Below are positions 38,900 through 48,623 of a stretch of DNA of 64,000 nucleotides, one piece after another. The DNA lies in NCBI GenBank assembly GCA_016840095.1, contig JAEOSZ010000006.1, positions 29,200 through 93,199 of the forward strand. Reading direction: 5' to 3'. Each line of letters begins with the position of its first letter. Position 1 is the first letter of the stretch. Source of the stretch: Candidatus Heimdallarchaeota archaeon. GTDB lineage: Archaea; Asgardarchaeota; Heimdallarchaeia; Heimdallarchaeales; Heimdallarchaeaceae. The notes below the pieces were generated by a model that had not been told where the DNA came from, did no database searches, and saw only the letters and a list, made by a program, of their open reading frames with translations. Both the position numbers and the translations under genes were made by a program.

Positions 38900-39484
38900 C
38901 TAACCTTCATTCAAATTATAAAGATGGTTACATACTATTGTTATTACATGAGACGCTAGATAGTTTTTTTCACCTATACTAGTAGGAGTATATTCAAGAT
39001 TAAACAAAGCTTCTTCCTGTTCATCTGATAAATCATGTTGGCTTCCTAAGATAAAACATAAGGTAGAATCTTCCTTAGAAATTTCTTTTTGTTTGTTAAT
39101 TAACAAACCGTTTGGAGTTAGATAGAAAATTGATGATTTCTTATTAAGATTATCTAATAAATTTTTGAAACTAATATCTATATAATCAGCATTGTATTCC
39201 TGGGGATTTGCTAGAATTTCAATTGACATGTGAGTAGAATCAATTTCGCTTTGAAGAGTATTCATTTTCTTTGAAATTGGAATTTCCAATACTTTCTGTT
39301 CAAGATTATGAGACAAGTATACAAATAATCTAATTTCCTTTCCCAGTCTATTATTCCACCTGGCTAAATTCAGTAAACAGCGTGAAATAACATCTAATCT
39401 TTCTTGTCCTCCTATCACTGATTTAATGTTCTTTCGAGTGGAACTTCTAATGGTTGATGAAGGAATTAGAAAAGTTAAAGACAA
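38900..39484 (-). CDS. trmY: SPOUT tRNA (pseudouridine-54-N1)-methyltransferase TrmY-like
   Basis: RLDVISRC, FILGSQHDL, SIGEKNYLASHVITIV. Confidence 0.82.
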   Translation of the reverse strand: MSLTFLIPSSTIRSSTRKNIKSVIGGQERLDVISRCLLNLARWNNRLGKEIRLFVYLSHNLEQKVLEIPISKKMNTLQSEIDSTHMSIEILANPQEYNADYIDISFKNLLDNLNKKSSIFYLTPNGLLINKQKEISKEDSTLCFILGSQHDLSDEQEEALFNLEYTPTSIGEKNYLASHVITIVCNHLYNLNEG

Positions 39485-39531
39485 ATTTTGGTTCCTCCAG
39501 AAAAGGAAAAGATTTGTAGAAGATAATAGAA

Positions 39532-39807
39532 TTATCTACCTCTTCTATCATCCTTTGCCCTAATATTTGTTCTACCCCTGTGTATCGAGCAGGAGATGCA
39601 GTAGTAAGCAATCTTCTTTTGGCGAGGAATAATTGTACCTTCATCTCTGAGTTCTTTAGCTAAACGATAATCAACAGCACTAGTGTAGATGCTATATTTT
39701 TTAGCTTTATCAGATGGAACTAACTTTCCACAAGAATGACATTGAACTCCTGTGGCTCTTCCTCGTTTTCCGCCAGACCTTCCTCCCGATTTTCTCTTTT
39801 TAGGCAT
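39532..39807 (-). CDS. rps26e: 30S ribosomal protein eS26
   Basis: MPKKRKSGGR, VQCHSCGKLVPSDKAKK, YYCISCSIH. Confidence 0.95.
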   Translation of the reverse strand: MPKKRKSGGRSGGKRGRATGVQCHSCGKLVPSDKAKKYSIYTSAVDYRLAKELRDEGTIIPRQKKIAYYCISCSIHRGRTNIRAKDDRRGR

Positions 39808-39893
39808 GTTAAGTTTTCACCTTCATTATAATGTACCTAATGCAGAAATTCTGTGTGAATTTTTAAATTTGTTGAAAAAAGAGCGAGATATAT

Positions 39894-40268
39894 TTATGAA
39901 TCAATTTCCTTTGAAAATAATTTCTCATAGGTTTGCTTAAGATATAGTTCTGCATCACCCATTACCTCCTCTCCGAATTTAGTAATTATATAGTATTTTC
40001 TGTCTATTCTTTCATCACTATTTCTCATTTCAGTTTTTTCAACCAATCCTTCTCTTTCAAGAAGGTAGAGTATTGTATAATTTGTAACAGTTGCTGGACT
40101 AAAACCAAACCTTTCCTGAATCTCTCGTTTCAACTGATAGGCATATTTTGGTCCTTCTCTTAGGAGTTTCAATACCCATATCCATAGTAAATCAATAGTT
40201 AGATTCTTTACTAGACGTTGATAAGCTTTGGATTCTTTTGAATCTTCAATTGAATTTTCAGCACTCAT
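39894..40268 (-). CDS. PadR family transcriptional regulator
   Basis: LWIWVLKLL..GPKYAYQL, YTILY.LEREGLV, RKYYIITKFG. Confidence 0.92.
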   Translation of the reverse strand: MSAENSIEDSKESKAYQRLVKNLTIDLLWIWVLKLLREGPKYAYQLKREIQERFGFSPATVTNYTILYLLEREGLVEKTEMRNSDERIDRKYYIITKFGEEVMGDAELYLKQTYEKLFSKEIDS

Positions 40269-40322
40269 CCTTTGTTGACATTTATAACTTGTTTAAAAAA
40301 CTTCAGTAGAAATGAAAAAAAA

Positions 40323-40745
40323 TCATTTCAGTGGAACATATAATGAAGATCTTGTTGCACCTATACCAGGAGCTCCGTGACGAACAACTTTTGTACTGGG
40401 AGAAAATTCACCTAGAAGATGTCCTATCATTTGTGGTTGAATTTCAATTTCTAAAAATTCACGTCCATTATAGACAGCCACAATTGCACCTACCATTTCA
40501 GGAAGTATCGGCATATCTCTCACATGAGTTCTAACAACCATTCTCTCTCCTCTATCACTAGATTCCATTGCTTGTCTAATGTCCTCTAATAGTTTCTTTC
40601 TTCTTGGTGTCCAGAATTCTTGTCGTGATAAACTCCTTCTTCTCCTTGAAGGGAGCAAATCCAATATCTCATCCATGGACATTTGTTTTAATTCTTCTAA
40701 TGTATATCCTCTATACCTAAATTTACGAGAAGACACCTTGTTCAA
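40323..40745 (-). CDS. rps19p: 30S ribosomal protein uS19 (archaeal S19P / eukaryotic S15)
   Basis: FRYRGYTLEEL, RTHVRDMPILPEMVG, MIGHLLGEFS, HGAPGIGATRSS.YVPLK. Confidence 0.97.
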   Translation of the reverse strand: MNKVSSRKFRYRGYTLEELKQMSMDEILDLLPSRRRRSLSRQEFWTPRRKKLLEDIRQAMESSDRGERMVVRTHVRDMPILPEMVGAIVAVYNGREFLEIEIQPQMIGHLLGEFSPSTKVVRHGAPGIGATRSSLYVPLK

Positions 40746-40824
40746 CCGAGCTAATTGCCTTGAGAGTTATTTTAAACCTTTTGATTTTTGTTCATATTCT
40801 ACACACGTTTTCATTGTGTAATAA

Positions 40825-41697
40825 TTAGAGAAAATAAGTTGTTGCCAGCCAGCCTATCAAGACAAGAAGAAGAGAAAGGAAAATTGGTATTGGTAATCCA
40901 GGAAATTTACCATATCTAAAGAGCATAGTTTCTGTAATTTTTATTCCAACTAATATTCCAATCATTGATACGAATCCAAGAATTGGATCTAACTCTTTTG
41001 TAATAAAAGTTACAAGAGAAGAATAGAAAATGAAATCTCCAATACCAATTGCAACTGATTGTTTTATCTCAAGTGGGGTAGAAATAGAGAAATTAGTTCT
41101 TCTGAAAATCTGGTTGATAGGCCCCCTAAACACAGAATATATGTCAAAAAGAGAGATTAAAACTATAAGTGTAATAAATGTAACAAAGGAAAAAACCATT
41201 CCAAATATTGTCCCCATAGCAATCCCAAGTATGAAGATGGTGGTATTTTTTGCTACTATTCCACCTTTTCCCATAATGAAAGACAATATAGCAAAACATC
41301 CAATGATCCCCCCAATTACTGCAGCAATAATCTCAATCCAAAAAACGTTTTCCAAGAATGTAATTTCAAAAAGATACCCATGAACCCAAAACATGCACAC
41401 TGAAGAAACAAAGAATGATAAAGCAAAAAATGTTTTTAAAACCAATATTAGATGTTTTTTCAGTGCAAAAACAATTAGAAATCCACTTCCAGCAGCTATG
41501 GAAACTATAATTACCCCTTCTAAAAGTTGAAACGAATAGTCTCCTTCTCCTCCAGGAAATAGAACGAGAAGTGTATCTAAATTTGAGTAGAGAATTCCAA
41601 CAATGTAACTTATAACAATAACTGGAAGAACAGCAAATGTAATTGTTTTATCAGTTTGATAAGCAATTAGTAGAAAACGATTTTTGTTCTCACTCAT
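40825..41697 (-). CDS. Presenilin-type GxGD intramembrane aspartyl protease (A22)
   Basis: About 9 TMs; LFDIYSVFRGP (first Asp), IGIGDFIFYS (second Asp), PGLPIPI (PAL-like). Confidence 0.9.
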   Translation of the reverse strand: MSENKNRFLLIAYQTDKTITFAVLPVIVISYIVGILYSNLDTLLVLFPGGEGDYSFQLLEGVIIVSIAAGSGFLIVFALKKHLILVLKTFFALSFFVSSVCMFWVHGYLFEITFLENVFWIEIIAAVIGGIIGCFAILSFIMGKGGIVAKNTTIFILGIAMGTIFGMVFSFVTFITLIVLISLFDIYSVFRGPINQIFRRTNFSISTPLEIKQSVAIGIGDFIFYSSLVTFITKELDPILGFVSMIGILVGIKITETMLFRYGKFPGLPIPIFLSLLLVLIGWLATTYFL

Positions 41698-41726
41698 GTC
41701 TCTTTCACTCTGTCTACACTTTCAGT

Positions 41727-42149
41727 TTATCCTGTATACTGTAATTTGACTTTGCTGTTCTCATCTAAATAATAATTGCTGATCCCATATGAAGAATGCT
41801 GCCATTCATCTGTTTGAATATTATAATGATAAAATGCCCAGTAATTAGGAAGTTCTTCACTATATCCATTAACACTTTTTACATAAGACCCAAAAGAATA
41901 GTTTGTTAATTCCAAATCTGCTACTAAGGAGAATGCAGTAAGTGCAGAAGAACCCATGGATACAGTAACATTATATTCTTCAGTATTGTTTATAGGTTTT
42001 AATGACCCATAGTAAATTATTGTTAACACAACAATTTCTTCATCATTTTCAATAGGTTTTACATTTTTAAGGTGAAAAGTAAGAGCTACTGATATAATCG
42101 TGATAATAATCAAGGCAATTGATAAAAAAATAATTTTTGATTTCTTCAA
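41727..42149 (-). CDS. DUF4430 (transcobalamin C-terminal-like) membrane-anchored protein
   Basis: N-terminal TM, FGSYVKSVNG, YWAFY, SSYGISNYYL. Confidence 0.82.
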   Translation of the reverse strand: MKKSKIIFLSIALIIITIISVALTFHLKNVKPIENDEEIVVLTIIYYGSLKPINNTEEYNVTVSMGSSALTAFSLVADLELTNYSFGSYVKSVNGYSEELPNYWAFYHYNIQTDEWQHSSYGISNYYLDENSKVKLQYTG

Positions 42150-42793
42150 GTTGAGCCACCTTCCAAGTTTGAAAAAGCTTCTTCATTAGAGAATGAAGGA
42201 ATCATTAGTTGTTTGATTCCTCTTGCTTTGAAAGCAGAATGAATCCAGTTTATCATTGTTTTAGTAAAACTAAACAAGATAAAATTGCTTACAACATGAG
42301 CTATAGTAAAAATAATACCGCTTCCTAGAAGTACCAAAAAATAAGAAAAAACAAAATCACTTCTTATTACAATAATTTGATATCCTATTGTTGTTAAAAT
42401 GTCGTAAACGATGGCAAAAAAACCTCCCAAAACCCCTAATTCCCAAAATGAAATTTTTAATAGTATTTTTCTCAATGAACTTGTTATCAAAGCCAAAAGA
42501 ACATAACTTATCAATTTAAAAAATATCAAATACCCTGCAGATCCAATTATTGCAATAATTATAAATTCATAAACTATAGGTACGGAAATCGCAACCATTA
42601 ATCCGTAATATACTCCAAACAGTAGGGAAACAAGAAATATAGTTACAGAAATGAACTCCATGTTTGGAACAAAAACAACAATGGTTGATAGAACGATACC
42701 TAAGCTAGCAAGTGAAGCAGAAATAGACATCTTAAGAATGATTTTTGTTCTATTTTGAGGATTTCTTAGATGTTCTACTAGTCGATTTATCAT
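42146..42793 (-). CDS. ECF transporter S component (CbrT-like, probably corrinoid)
   Basis: VPNMEF, FGVYYG, YDILT, AHVVSN; 6 TMs; ATGA overlap with the DUF4430 gene. Confidence 0.8.
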   Translation of the reverse strand: MINRLVEHLRNPQNRTKIILKMSISASLASLGIVLSTIVVFVPNMEFISVTIFLVSLLFGVYYGLMVAISVPIVYEFIIIAIIGSAGYLIFFKLISYVLLALITSSLRKILLKISFWELGVLGGFFAIVYDILTTIGYQIIVIRSDFVFSYFLVLLGSGIIFTIAHVVSNFILFSFTKTMINWIHSAFKARGIKQLMIPSFSNEEAFSNLEGGST

Positions 42794-42960
42794 TCTTTAT
42801 ACCCTGTTCATAGTGATTAATTATTTTATTATATTCAAAGCCATCATTATTAAAAATTCAGAGTATTAGTGCTTTTCCTTCCAAAATATATTGGTCAATT
42901 TACAATAATACCAATGGAGACTAACTCAACATTTTTCAATATATTTTATGCAGTAATCTC

Positions 42961-43446
42961 ATGGAAACTAGTTCCTCTTCTGAAGATACTAAGCTGTTTA
43001 AAGTGATTAGTGTAGATGTTCTTTCAGCTAGTCCGGATATTTTTACAGCAGAAGAGGATAGAAATATGATGGAATATACAGATATTCCTCTATTGAACTT
43101 TGAACTCGAGAATGGTGAAAACTTCTTGATGGCCAATATTCCAGTTTCTATAGCTTTAAACATTTCAAGGATTATTGGGGGAATCGAAGGAAATGATTCT
43201 CGTCTAACATTGGCTGAGCTTATTCCAGAGATCTGTGTAGTTGAAAAGATAATAATTGATTCTATAATTCCCTATTCAAATGCTTACCAAGCAACTGTAG
43301 AACTCAGATTGGAAGGATTTTCAGATGTTCAACATTATCAAATGATTCCAAGTCATGCTACATTGCTAGCCCTTTTAGCTAACGCTGATATCTTTGTATC
43401 AGAGAATATTATTAGAACAACTGATAATTTTGAAGACATGGATTAG
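42961..43446 (+). CDS. Bifunctional nuclease / DUF151-like protein
   Basis: VEKIIIDS, YQATVEL, IPSHATLLALLANADIFVSE. Confidence 0.72.
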   Translation: METSSSSEDTKLFKVISVDVLSASPDIFTAEEDRNMMEYTDIPLLNFELENGENFLMANIPVSIALNISRIIGGIEGNDSRLTLAELIPEICVVEKIIIDSIIPYSNAYQATVELRLEGFSDVQHYQMIPSHATLLALLANADIFVSENIIRTTDNFEDMD

Positions 43447-43487
43447 ATGCAAATCTAAGAAATTTTTAAAATTGATAAACTATTTAA

Positions 43488-43712
43488 GTGGATAAGAAAT
43501 CTACTTTCATCAGTAAAGAACCTAAAGAAAGTGATGCAATGACAGAAGATGAGAAGAATAATCAGATAGAGGAAGAAATAGTTGAAGATGGTACTGAAAT
43601 TGATGATGAAGAATATGAAGGAAGAGATTGGAAAAAGGTTCTTACTGGCGTTTTGTTTGTTTTAATAGTTGTTGTTTTCTGGTATATAATTGAATTTGTA
43701 GCTAGAAATTAG
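43488..43712 (+). CDS. Small acidic protein with C-terminal TM (tail-anchored-like)
   Basis: E/D-rich N-terminus, single C-terminal hydrophobic helix. Confidence 0.65.
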   Translation: MDKKSTFISKEPKESDAMTEDEKNNQIEEEIVEDGTEIDDEEYEGRDWKKVLTGVLFVLIVVVFWYIIEFVARN

Positions 43713-43767
43713 AATATCGAGAAACGAAAAATCATTTAAGTGTTCAGTGTATCACTACTTTAGTCCT

Positions 43768-44523
43768 ATGGCAAAAAGTCAGATACAAGTTAGTAATTTA
43801 ATCAAAACATATTCTTCTCGAGCTGAAGAATTAGCTGTGCTACGTGATATAAGTTTTGAAATTGCTAAAGGGGAAGTAGTATGCTTTCTTGGAACTTCTG
43901 GATCAGGAAAAACAACAACCTTAAACCTTCTAGCAGGTATTGATAAACCAACAGCCGGGAAAGTATATTATGACGGCAAAGATATACATGAATGGACTAC
44001 TGACCGATTATTTGAATATAGATTGAAGGAGATTGGTTTCATTTTTCAGGAATTCTATCTTCTTGAACATTTAAACGCTATAGAGAATGTAATGGTTCCC
44101 ATAATTCTAAATGGGGAATCTGAAGAAATAGCTCAGGATCTTGCCCTTGAGTTATTAAATCAAGTGGGATTAGGGAGAAAAGCTCTAAATTTACCCCAAG
44201 AACTAAGTTCTGGAGAAAAACAAAGAGTTTGTGTTGCAAGAGCGATAGTGAATAATCCTTCAGTCCTAATTGCAGATGAGCCAACTGGGACATTAGATAG
44301 CAAAACAGGGGGAGAAATAATGTCACTTTTGTTGCGTCTTGCAAAGAAAAACAAAATGGCAATGATCTATACGACACATGATCCGTATTTTACAAAAATG
44401 GCTTCAAGAATTATTGTTCTTCAAAAAGGAAAAATAATTGAACATAGTCCTGACGATTTTGCAGATATTGGATATGACAAAACTAAGTTTGAGTTCTTGT
44501 TCAAGGGTGAAAAAGATGAATGA
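43768..44523 (+). CDS. ABC transporter ATP-binding protein (LolD/MacB family)
   Basis: GTSGSGKTT, IGFIFQ, LSSGEKQRV, ADEPTG, THD. Confidence 0.95.
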   Translation: MAKSQIQVSNLIKTYSSRAEELAVLRDISFEIAKGEVVCFLGTSGSGKTTTLNLLAGIDKPTAGKVYYDGKDIHEWTTDRLFEYRLKEIGFIFQEFYLLEHLNAIENVMVPIILNGESEEIAQDLALELLNQVGLGRKALNLPQELSSGEKQRVCVARAIVNNPSVLIADEPTGTLDSKTGGEIMSLLLRLAKKNKMAMIYTTHDPYFTKMASRIIVLQKGKIIEHSPDDFADIGYDKTKFEFLFKGEKDE

Positions 44524-47422
44524 ATTAGACAATTACGTAAGTAAAGAGAAACAACAATCCTTTCTAGAACGGGTATTTTCTGGATTTCTATATAATGTTC
44601 AATTGATATTTAAGAATATTAGAAACAGAAAAAAAAGCATGTTAATTATAACAATTGGTTTAGTCTTTTCCTTATCTATTTTATTTACTTCATCCATTTG
44701 GACAGAAACTTCTCAGTTGATAATAGCTGATGATTACATTGAAACACTTGATTATGAGATGTATGTGTCAACTTATCTCACAAACGCCATGGATGCAGTT
44801 TATGCATATACTGTTGATGATTATATTGTTAGACAAGTCGACTGGTATTTCCCAACTGTTGCTTTATTCAACTTTGAAGATAAAGGACCATATTATCGGT
44901 GGTATCCTGAGGAAAATCAAGAGAACATGAGTAACCCTGTATCATTAACATCAGCTCATCTTGTTTCCTCTAGAGCTATTGATAGAATCAAGCTGAATCT
45001 GGAAATAGAAGGTAATGCTAGCTTAAATTCAGGAGAAATAATGATGAGTTATGTCCAGGCTAAGCAATTGGAAGTTATCTACAACAAAACAATTTCTCCA
45101 GGTGATCAAGTAACAGTAGCAGTATCAAGAAGAATTCCCAATACAGATATTGGGGAACACCAAATGAGATTTTACGATATTAATGAAACCATTTTTGCGA
45201 ACTATACGATATCAGGTATTTACAAGTATGTAGGTTATAATACAGTTATTGCTAAGCTCCTTGGGGGACTTGGTAACACAGGTGGGATGCTGTTGGACTC
45301 TATTTTCTTTCCCTTAGAAGACCTAACAGGTATTGATCGATTTATTATTGATTCAAATGGTTTATTACCGAGATTACTAGTTAAAGTTGATGCACAACAA
45401 TTAAGATCGGGAGGTATTGGTCAAATGCCTGACAATCTCCATGCTCTTAGCGAAAGAATACAGATAAGATTCTTCCACGCGTATTGCTATATTCTTTCTC
45501 AAGAAATTCAAACGATGGCTAATGAATATGCAAGAACATTTAGCTCAACTACACTATTTGTGCCTGCGATTGTATCAACACTTTTCCTTACGATCCTAGC
45601 ATCACAGATGACGGTAAAGAAAAGAAAAGAAGAGATAGCTTTTCTGAGATTAAGGGGGGCTGTTAGTGGACAAATAATTGGAATATTCTTTGGTGAATTC
45701 TTGCTAGTAAGTACGTTTTCTCTTATTATAAGTATTGGGACGGGTATTTTAATGGCAGCACTTATTCCGTCATTTGGACATGATGGATTCTTTAGTAAAA
45801 CACTGTTTGTAAGATACTTTGAGTATCTCCAAATATCTCCTTATGATATTGAAATTTACACGGTATTGGTTTTAGGGATATATCTTGGAATGACACTTCT
45901 CAATGTCATCTCATTTGTTCGAAAAGATATTCATGAATCTTTGATTATGACTGTAAGAGGACAACGTCTTCTAGGAATAGGAATAAAAGTTGGCGCTTTT
46001 GTTCTAACTTTAGCAGGTTTCATCTTTTTAGTAGTAGACTATACAAATATAGCTAAAAACAGCTATAGCTTTGGTTTCAACACAATAGGAGCGAGCACAA
46101 ATGCTCTCTTAGCTTTCATTGCGGTAATTTTCTTCATCAGTTACTTTGTTTCAGTTGGAGTTAATTATTTACTTAAAACGCTTAAGAAACTCCATAGTTT
46201 TATTTTTAAACAAAACTCTTTCTTGATTCATAAAAATATCAAACGACATACTAAAAGCTTGAAAGATTTGACTTTCTTCCTGATTCTAATAATCTGTTTG
46301 TTAACTACATTTGTTACTATTCGATCAACAACTATGGAGAACATTGTTCTCGAAGATGCTTATAGAAGAGGTTCTGATATTAGAATAGATTCTTTCATTC
46401 CTGTAAATATCACAGAATATGAAGAGTATCTCGGATCAATTGAAGGCATAGATAAGATAGTTGGTTTCCAATCAATCAACGCAATTGTTGGTTCTCAGCA
46501 TGTAGATGTTTATGGTGTTGACCCTCTAAAATTCCTAGAAGTCGGTAGATGGACGGACAATAGCTTTGCAGATACGAGTCCAGAAACAGCTTTAACTACT
46601 CTAGCAGAAGGTGAGTCAAACATAATCTTAAGTGACTACATTGTTGAAAGATTGGAATTTGCAGTTGGAGAAAATATGTCTGTGACAGACTTTAGAGGCG
46701 GTCCATTCACGATGCAATTCAATGTTTCATCTATGATAAAGTCTGCTCCAGGTTTGGGAATAGCACATGGGTATGACCCTAAAATGAACAGAGAAAATTT
46801 TGAATGGGTGCTACTCAAAGAAGAAGTTTTTGTCAATGAATTAGACATACACAATGGAACACTATTTCTAGCAACAGCCGAAGAAGGTGCAGATTTAAAT
46901 CAAATTAAGGAAGAAATAGAGGAGCTTTATCCATTAATGACAGTAAATCCTGAATTGATAAATCCTGATTATATCGGATATTTCATAATAAAATACCTAC
47001 CACATATTTCAATTACATTGTTAATTGGGTCAGTAATACTAAATGCAATCGGAGTAATATATGTTCTAATATCGACTGACTTCATATTGGGACAAAGACG
47101 ACAAGAATATGCAGTCATTTTAGCTTTAGGAGGAAACCAAGGAAAGATTCGGAGAATGCTAGTTGGTGAAATTGCAATTTTCCTAGTATCCACATTGTTA
47201 GTTGGTATTCCTTTAGGTATATTGAGTTCACTATTAGCTTTGACTTTCTTGAAACCACTCTTAATTCCGCATGAAGTTATATCTATGACAATACATATTG
47301 ATTTCGGACTTCTTGCCATCATGATAGTAACATTATGTGTTGCAGCTTTACTCGGTGTTATACCTATAATAAGAAAGCAGATGAAGTATGAGATTGTTCA
47401 AGAATTGCGAGCAATAGTTTAA
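44516..47422 (+). CDS. FtsX/MacB-like ABC permease (two FtsX domains)
   Basis: RKEEIAFLRLRGA and RRQEYAVILALGG motifs, two large extracytoplasmic loops; start 44516 overlaps the ATPase stop. Confidence 0.92.
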   Translation: MNELDNYVSKEKQQSFLERVFSGFLYNVQLIFKNIRNRKKSMLIITIGLVFSLSILFTSSIWTETSQLIIADDYIETLDYEMYVSTYLTNAMDAVYAYTVDDYIVRQVDWYFPTVALFNFEDKGPYYRWYPEENQENMSNPVSLTSAHLVSSRAIDRIKLNLEIEGNASLNSGEIMMSYVQAKQLEVIYNKTISPGDQVTVAVSRRIPNTDIGEHQMRFYDINETIFANYTISGIYKYVGYNTVIAKLLGGLGNTGGMLLDSIFFPLEDLTGIDRFIIDSNGLLPRLLVKVDAQQLRSGGIGQMPDNLHALSERIQIRFFHAYCYILSQEIQTMANEYARTFSSTTLFVPAIVSTLFLTILASQMTVKKRKEEIAFLRLRGAVSGQIIGIFFGEFLLVSTFSLIISIGTGILMAALIPSFGHDGFFSKTLFVRYFEYLQISPYDIEIYTVLVLGIYLGMTLLNVISFVRKDIHESLIMTVRGQRLLGIGIKVGAFVLTLAGFIFLVVDYTNIAKNSYSFGFNTIGASTNALLAFIAVIFFISYFVSVGVNYLLKTLKKLHSFIFKQNSFLIHKNIKRHTKSLKDLTFFLILIICLLTTFVTIRSTTMENIVLEDAYRRGSDIRIDSFIPVNITEYEEYLGSIEGIDKIVGFQSINAIVGSQHVDVYGVDPLKFLEVGRWTDNSFADTSPETALTTLAEGESNIILSDYIVERLEFAVGENMSVTDFRGGPFTMQFNVSSMIKSAPGLGIAHGYDPKMNRENFEWVLLKEEVFVNELDIHNGTLFLATAEEGADLNQIKEEIEELYPLMTVNPELINPDYIGYFIIKYLPHISITLLIGSVILNAIGVIYVLISTDFILGQRRQEYAVILALGGNQGKIRRMLVGEIAIFLVSTLLVGIPLGILSSLLALTFLKPLLIPHEVISMTIHIDFGLLAIMIVTLCVAALLGVIPIIRKQMKYEIVQELRAIV

Positions 47423-47439
47423 GATTTGGTTAGAACAGT

Positions 47440-48564
47440 CTAAGCGAGGAGTAATTCTCCTCTAGCTTTCTCTAGAACTTGTGATACCATAAACTCTTCA
47501 GAATCTTTCCAAGATTGTTCAATAAAGGAATAATTATCTGGATTGAATTCCTTTGTAACAGTTGTGTGAGGATCTAACATCATGATTTGAAGATCAGGGA
47601 ACAATGACCACAAAATATTGAAAAGTTCTAATTTATCTTTAGGTGGTAACAAGATTTTCCACAAGAAACCCCGTTCAGTTTCACGAAAATCTGATTCAAA
47701 CGGCAGAGCTAATTCTCTGAGTAGATATATTATTTTGGACATTGCTCTTTGACTGCAAATTGCTTTGAAAACTAGTTCATCTTCAAGTCCAAAAAATGAT
47801 CTGTCAAATTCCACCAGATAATTTCGAATAACACTCTTGCTAAGGAATTTCTTTCTTCTAGACAAAGTATATTGAGGAACATTAAGTTGTTTAGATAGAA
47901 GTGCGTATTTTTGGGTAGGATCATTTACGAGTTCTTTTAGAATTTGAAAGTCAAGATATTTGAGTTTATTGAGAACATTCTTTGGTTTTTCTCTTGATAT
48001 TTTTTGATAATAATCAAATTTTGGAACATAATCTACAACGTCAATATTTTTTTTCCATAAATCCCATTCAAAAAACCATTTACTGTTAGATCTATTCCAG
48101 TATTTAAGATCAATTCTTGTTTTTATTCCCTGCCCAATTGTTGAAGAGTGGACTATTTCTTCAACTAAATCACTATCAACTAGATAATTCAGAAAGGTAT
48201 TGAAATTATTAAATGAACCAATTGGAATATGAACTTTCAGAAAAATACCTGTGATTCCACCATAGCATCTCTGTCGAACTACTAAATAAGGGTGATAATC
48301 AAGAATTCTCTCTACAATCTGATACTTATCTATGGAATTAATTTTTAAGAGATAGATATGACTTTCTAAGCCTAGAGACTCAGGATGATATTCAGCATGG
48401 AAACTACTAATGATATTCTTCCCTAGAAGTGTATCCATACGCTTTTTTACTGTTGGAGAAGATATCTTGATTTTCTCTGCTAGTTTACTGTATGGTATTA
48501 TAGGATCCTTTAGTATATGCTGAAGTAAAAGGTATTCCTCTTCTCTAAGACTCAATGTGTTCAA
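47440..48564 (-). CDS. Tandem Lrp/AsnC-type HTH transcriptional regulator
   Basis: Two AsnC HTHs (DPIIPYSKLAEKIKISSPTVKKR; LDFQILKEL..DP...Y..LSKQL....TLSRR). Confidence 0.85.
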   Translation of the reverse strand: MNTLSLREEEYLLLQHILKDPIIPYSKLAEKIKISSPTVKKRMDTLLGKNIISSFHAEYHPESLGLESHIYLLKINSIDKYQIVERILDYHPYLVVRQRCYGGITGIFLKVHIPIGSFNNFNTFLNYLVDSDLVEEIVHSSTIGQGIKTRIDLKYWNRSNSKWFFEWDLWKKNIDVVDYVPKFDYYQKISREKPKNVLNKLKYLDFQILKELVNDPTQKYALLSKQLNVPQYTLSRRKKFLSKSVIRNYLVEFDRSFFGLEDELVFKAICSQRAMSKIIYLLRELALPFESDFRETERGFLWKILLPPKDKLELFNILWSLFPDLQIMMLDPHTTVTKEFNPDNYSFIEQSWKDSEEFMVSQVLEKARGELLLA

Positions 48565-48623
48565 TAGAATCTATGACATAGAGTTAAAAAATATTTGTTT
48601 TAAAAAAAAGAAAGAATGAGCGG

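Noticed and set aside
42794-42960. Cobalamin riboswitch upstream of the ECF S component
   Set aside because: Very AT-rich, with no B12-box or GGGAA/GCCACTG-like elements and no stable stems visible
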